A stretch of 64,000 bases of DNA, from assembly GCA_002457155.1 (NCBI GenBank), contig NTJS01000002.1, positions 8,630-72,629 of the forward strand, in the 5' to 3' direction. This document shows positions 62,170 through 64,000 of the stretch, one piece after another (position 1 is the stretch's first letter; every line of letters begins with the position of its first letter). Made by a program: the position numbers and the translations under genes. The notes under the pieces are model-generated. The model was not told the DNA's origin and ran no database searches. It was given only the letters and a program-made list of their open reading frames with translations. Origin of the DNA: Marine Group II euryarchaeote MED-G35. GTDB taxonomy: Archaea > Thermoplasmatota > Poseidoniia > Poseidoniales > Thalassarchaeaceae.

Positions 62170-64000
62170 TCCTGCTTTCTTCGCTGCTCATAGTGGTGAG
62201 CCTTTCCCATGCCGCAATCCAGACTCCCGAGGCTCCTTCTAAGCAATCAGAGGTAGGACCTAGGAACAACCCTGTCGACTTCGAAGTAACGGGAATTGAG
62301 CTTGGCAACTCAAGCTATTCACCAAGGGTTTGGGATCAGCCCGACTCCAGCACCCTGGAGTACATGACCAAAAGCGAATCAATTCAAGTCAATGTTACAT
62401 TCCGTCAATTAGGAGTCGATCCTTCCCCGGTAACTTCAGACGCCAAACTGGAGATTTGGCACCCCATTGGTACGATCCTCCAAGAATGGACATTCAATAT
62501 CACACTGGCAGCCGGCCAGTCCATTCGGATGCCCTTCGTATGGACCCCATCATTAGCCCACAGCACTCTCAGCGACGATGGGTGGCTAACTGGTGGGGTT
62601 ACGATAAGGGGTATTGTCGATGCGGGAATCGGAATTGACGGTGACGACTCAAATGACATCCTAGACAGGGACGTCCCCATCGCATTCTGGTACGATCCAA
62701 TGGAGAATGGTTTCTGCAACGACGAGGCCGATGAAGGAAAGTACTGTACCAACAACGCAGTCCCCTTCGGAGAACCGACATGGTTCGCCGCGGGATACAC
62801 CGATGGCTACCAACCAGACACAAACAACTTCCCAACAGGCACATGGAGGATGGAGAACCTTTCCAGCGCCACTGGGGATTGGCATTGGAAGGTTTCAGGG
62901 GACAATGACAACTACGCTTCCAACCGTTACGACAGACTAAGGTGGGCATGGCAACGATACAATTCGAACGACGGTTGCTCTGACCAAGTCTTCGATGAAA
63001 GCCACGGTCTCGGCTATGGCGAGCATGACCCGATCGTGTCCTCTATACACGGAGCAAACCTCTGTCTGGTCAAGGTGAATAGCCCGCTCCTATACTCTAT
63101 TCAGATTGCAACTGACGCTTGGGGCGTGATGGGTGCTGGCGACACTATCATGCTCGAGACTAACTCCGGGGCAGGAGGTGGCGTAGAGTATCTGAACTAC
63201 TCTTCCAGGAACCTCTCCTCATCAGAGGGAGACTGGTCTAGACTGGTTTGGAATGCAACGGGAATGCACCAAAATGAGGGCTTCACGGTATCTTTCCTGT
63301 TCCGATCAAACTCATCCTTTTCCGATGAGGGTATACACGTCGATTCATTCATCATCTTCGCTATAGAGCGCGGTGATGAGTACACATTGGATGCCCAATG
63401 CGATTTCCCAGACAACTTCGGTGGCTCTACTGTATACGACCCCGACTCCGAGGGGGGCAATACGATTCTCGTCGAAGCAGCCGATCCAGACCCCCCATCA
63501 CTTCACTGCCGAATATTCAACAAGGGCTACATCGACACCACACTCAGATTCTTCACAGAGGTCTCCAACAGCTCTTGGATGTCCCAGTTCCCCCTCAGGA
63601 TTGACTCGAATAACTTCAATGACCATGATAATGAGGTTAAGACAAACACCATCAAGGCGAGAACATACACCCATGCCTGGTTCAACCTAACGATTCCAGA
63701 TGGCGCCCCCGTCCAGAACCTGTTCTGGTACACGTGGATCAATGATGGGATCATGGGGTTCCAAGACACGAAGTATTACGTCGAACTTCCCGTAAGTGTC
63801 GAGTCGACCTACAGGATGACTCTGAAGCAGGAGACTCTGGCCAATCCCGCAGCAACGATATTGCCAGGGGGAAAAGCAAACATCACGATGGAACTGAAGA
63901 ACACAGGTAACCAGTTCTCTTCGTGGACCCTCGGTGGCCAATTCCCCCCAGGCTCGCAATTATCCTCTGACGACCTGAAGTGGTATGAGGTCGGGGGTGA
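62161..64000 (+). CDS. large secreted protein, N-terminal part (open at the window end), function unknown
   Basis: It is not in the ORF track because no stop is reached. I translated it by hand from the ATG at 62161: MSSVRALLLSSLLIVVSLSHA... The frame stays open for about 613 codons to the window end. The product is Asn/Asp/Trp-rich and looks extracellular. Confidence 0.65.

Noticed and set aside
1-64000. CRISPR arrays, rRNA genes, transposases/IS elements
   Set aside because: I noticed no regularly spaced repeats of about 24-40 nt with unique spacers. The only short-period repeats are the coding (TETV)n repeat and the two promoter 13-mers. No 16S/23S/5S-like sequence or DDE/serine/tyrosine recombinase motif was recognised. 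This was a visual scan only, so degenerate elements could have been missed.

Overview
The window looks like a gene-dense chromosomal segment of an archaeon. Supporting markers are ribosomal proteins L40e and L41e, a membrane-bound LonB protease, an archaeal-type AspRS, TrmI, an archaellin-type class III signal peptide, and an intron-containing tRNA-Trp whose intron encodes a box C/D guide RNA. The gene content includes a peptide ABC importer, a subtilisin, giant secreted or surface proteins, amino-acid catabolism genes and many bacterial-looking genes. From this I infer a planktonic heterotrophic euryarchaeote of the Marine Group II type, but that is inference only. I recognise about 60 protein-coding genes and 5 tRNAs: Val-CAC, Ser-CGA, Arg-TCT, Ala-GGC and Trp-CCA with an intron of about 113 nt. 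All five tRNA genes encode their 3' CCA. I see no rRNA, CRISPR array, transposase, integrase or obvious defence island. Many long ORFs in the track are antisense shadows of GC-rich genes or read-throughs across tRNA genes, so several starts were re-assigned by hand. The most unusual items are listed here.
- A peptide-type ABC transporter whose OppD-like ATPase and OppC-like permease both carry large hydrophobic insertions.
- A giant surface protein with an extracytoplasmic WCGPC thioredoxin module fused to cadherin-like repeats.
- A Cas4-like Fe-S nuclease fused to two OB-fold-like domains.
- The tRNA-Trp intron guide RNA, which has compensated box C/D variants and an orphan D' guide.
- A PiT phosphate transporter fused to a DUF47/PhoU-like domain.
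- Tandem thymidylate-kinase paralogues, one with a degenerate P-loop.
- A type II glutamine synthetase behind an AT-rich promoter with 13-nt direct repeats.
- A TrmI gene whose N-terminal domain lacks a usable start codon.

All functional calls come from reading motifs by eye. No database search was run.
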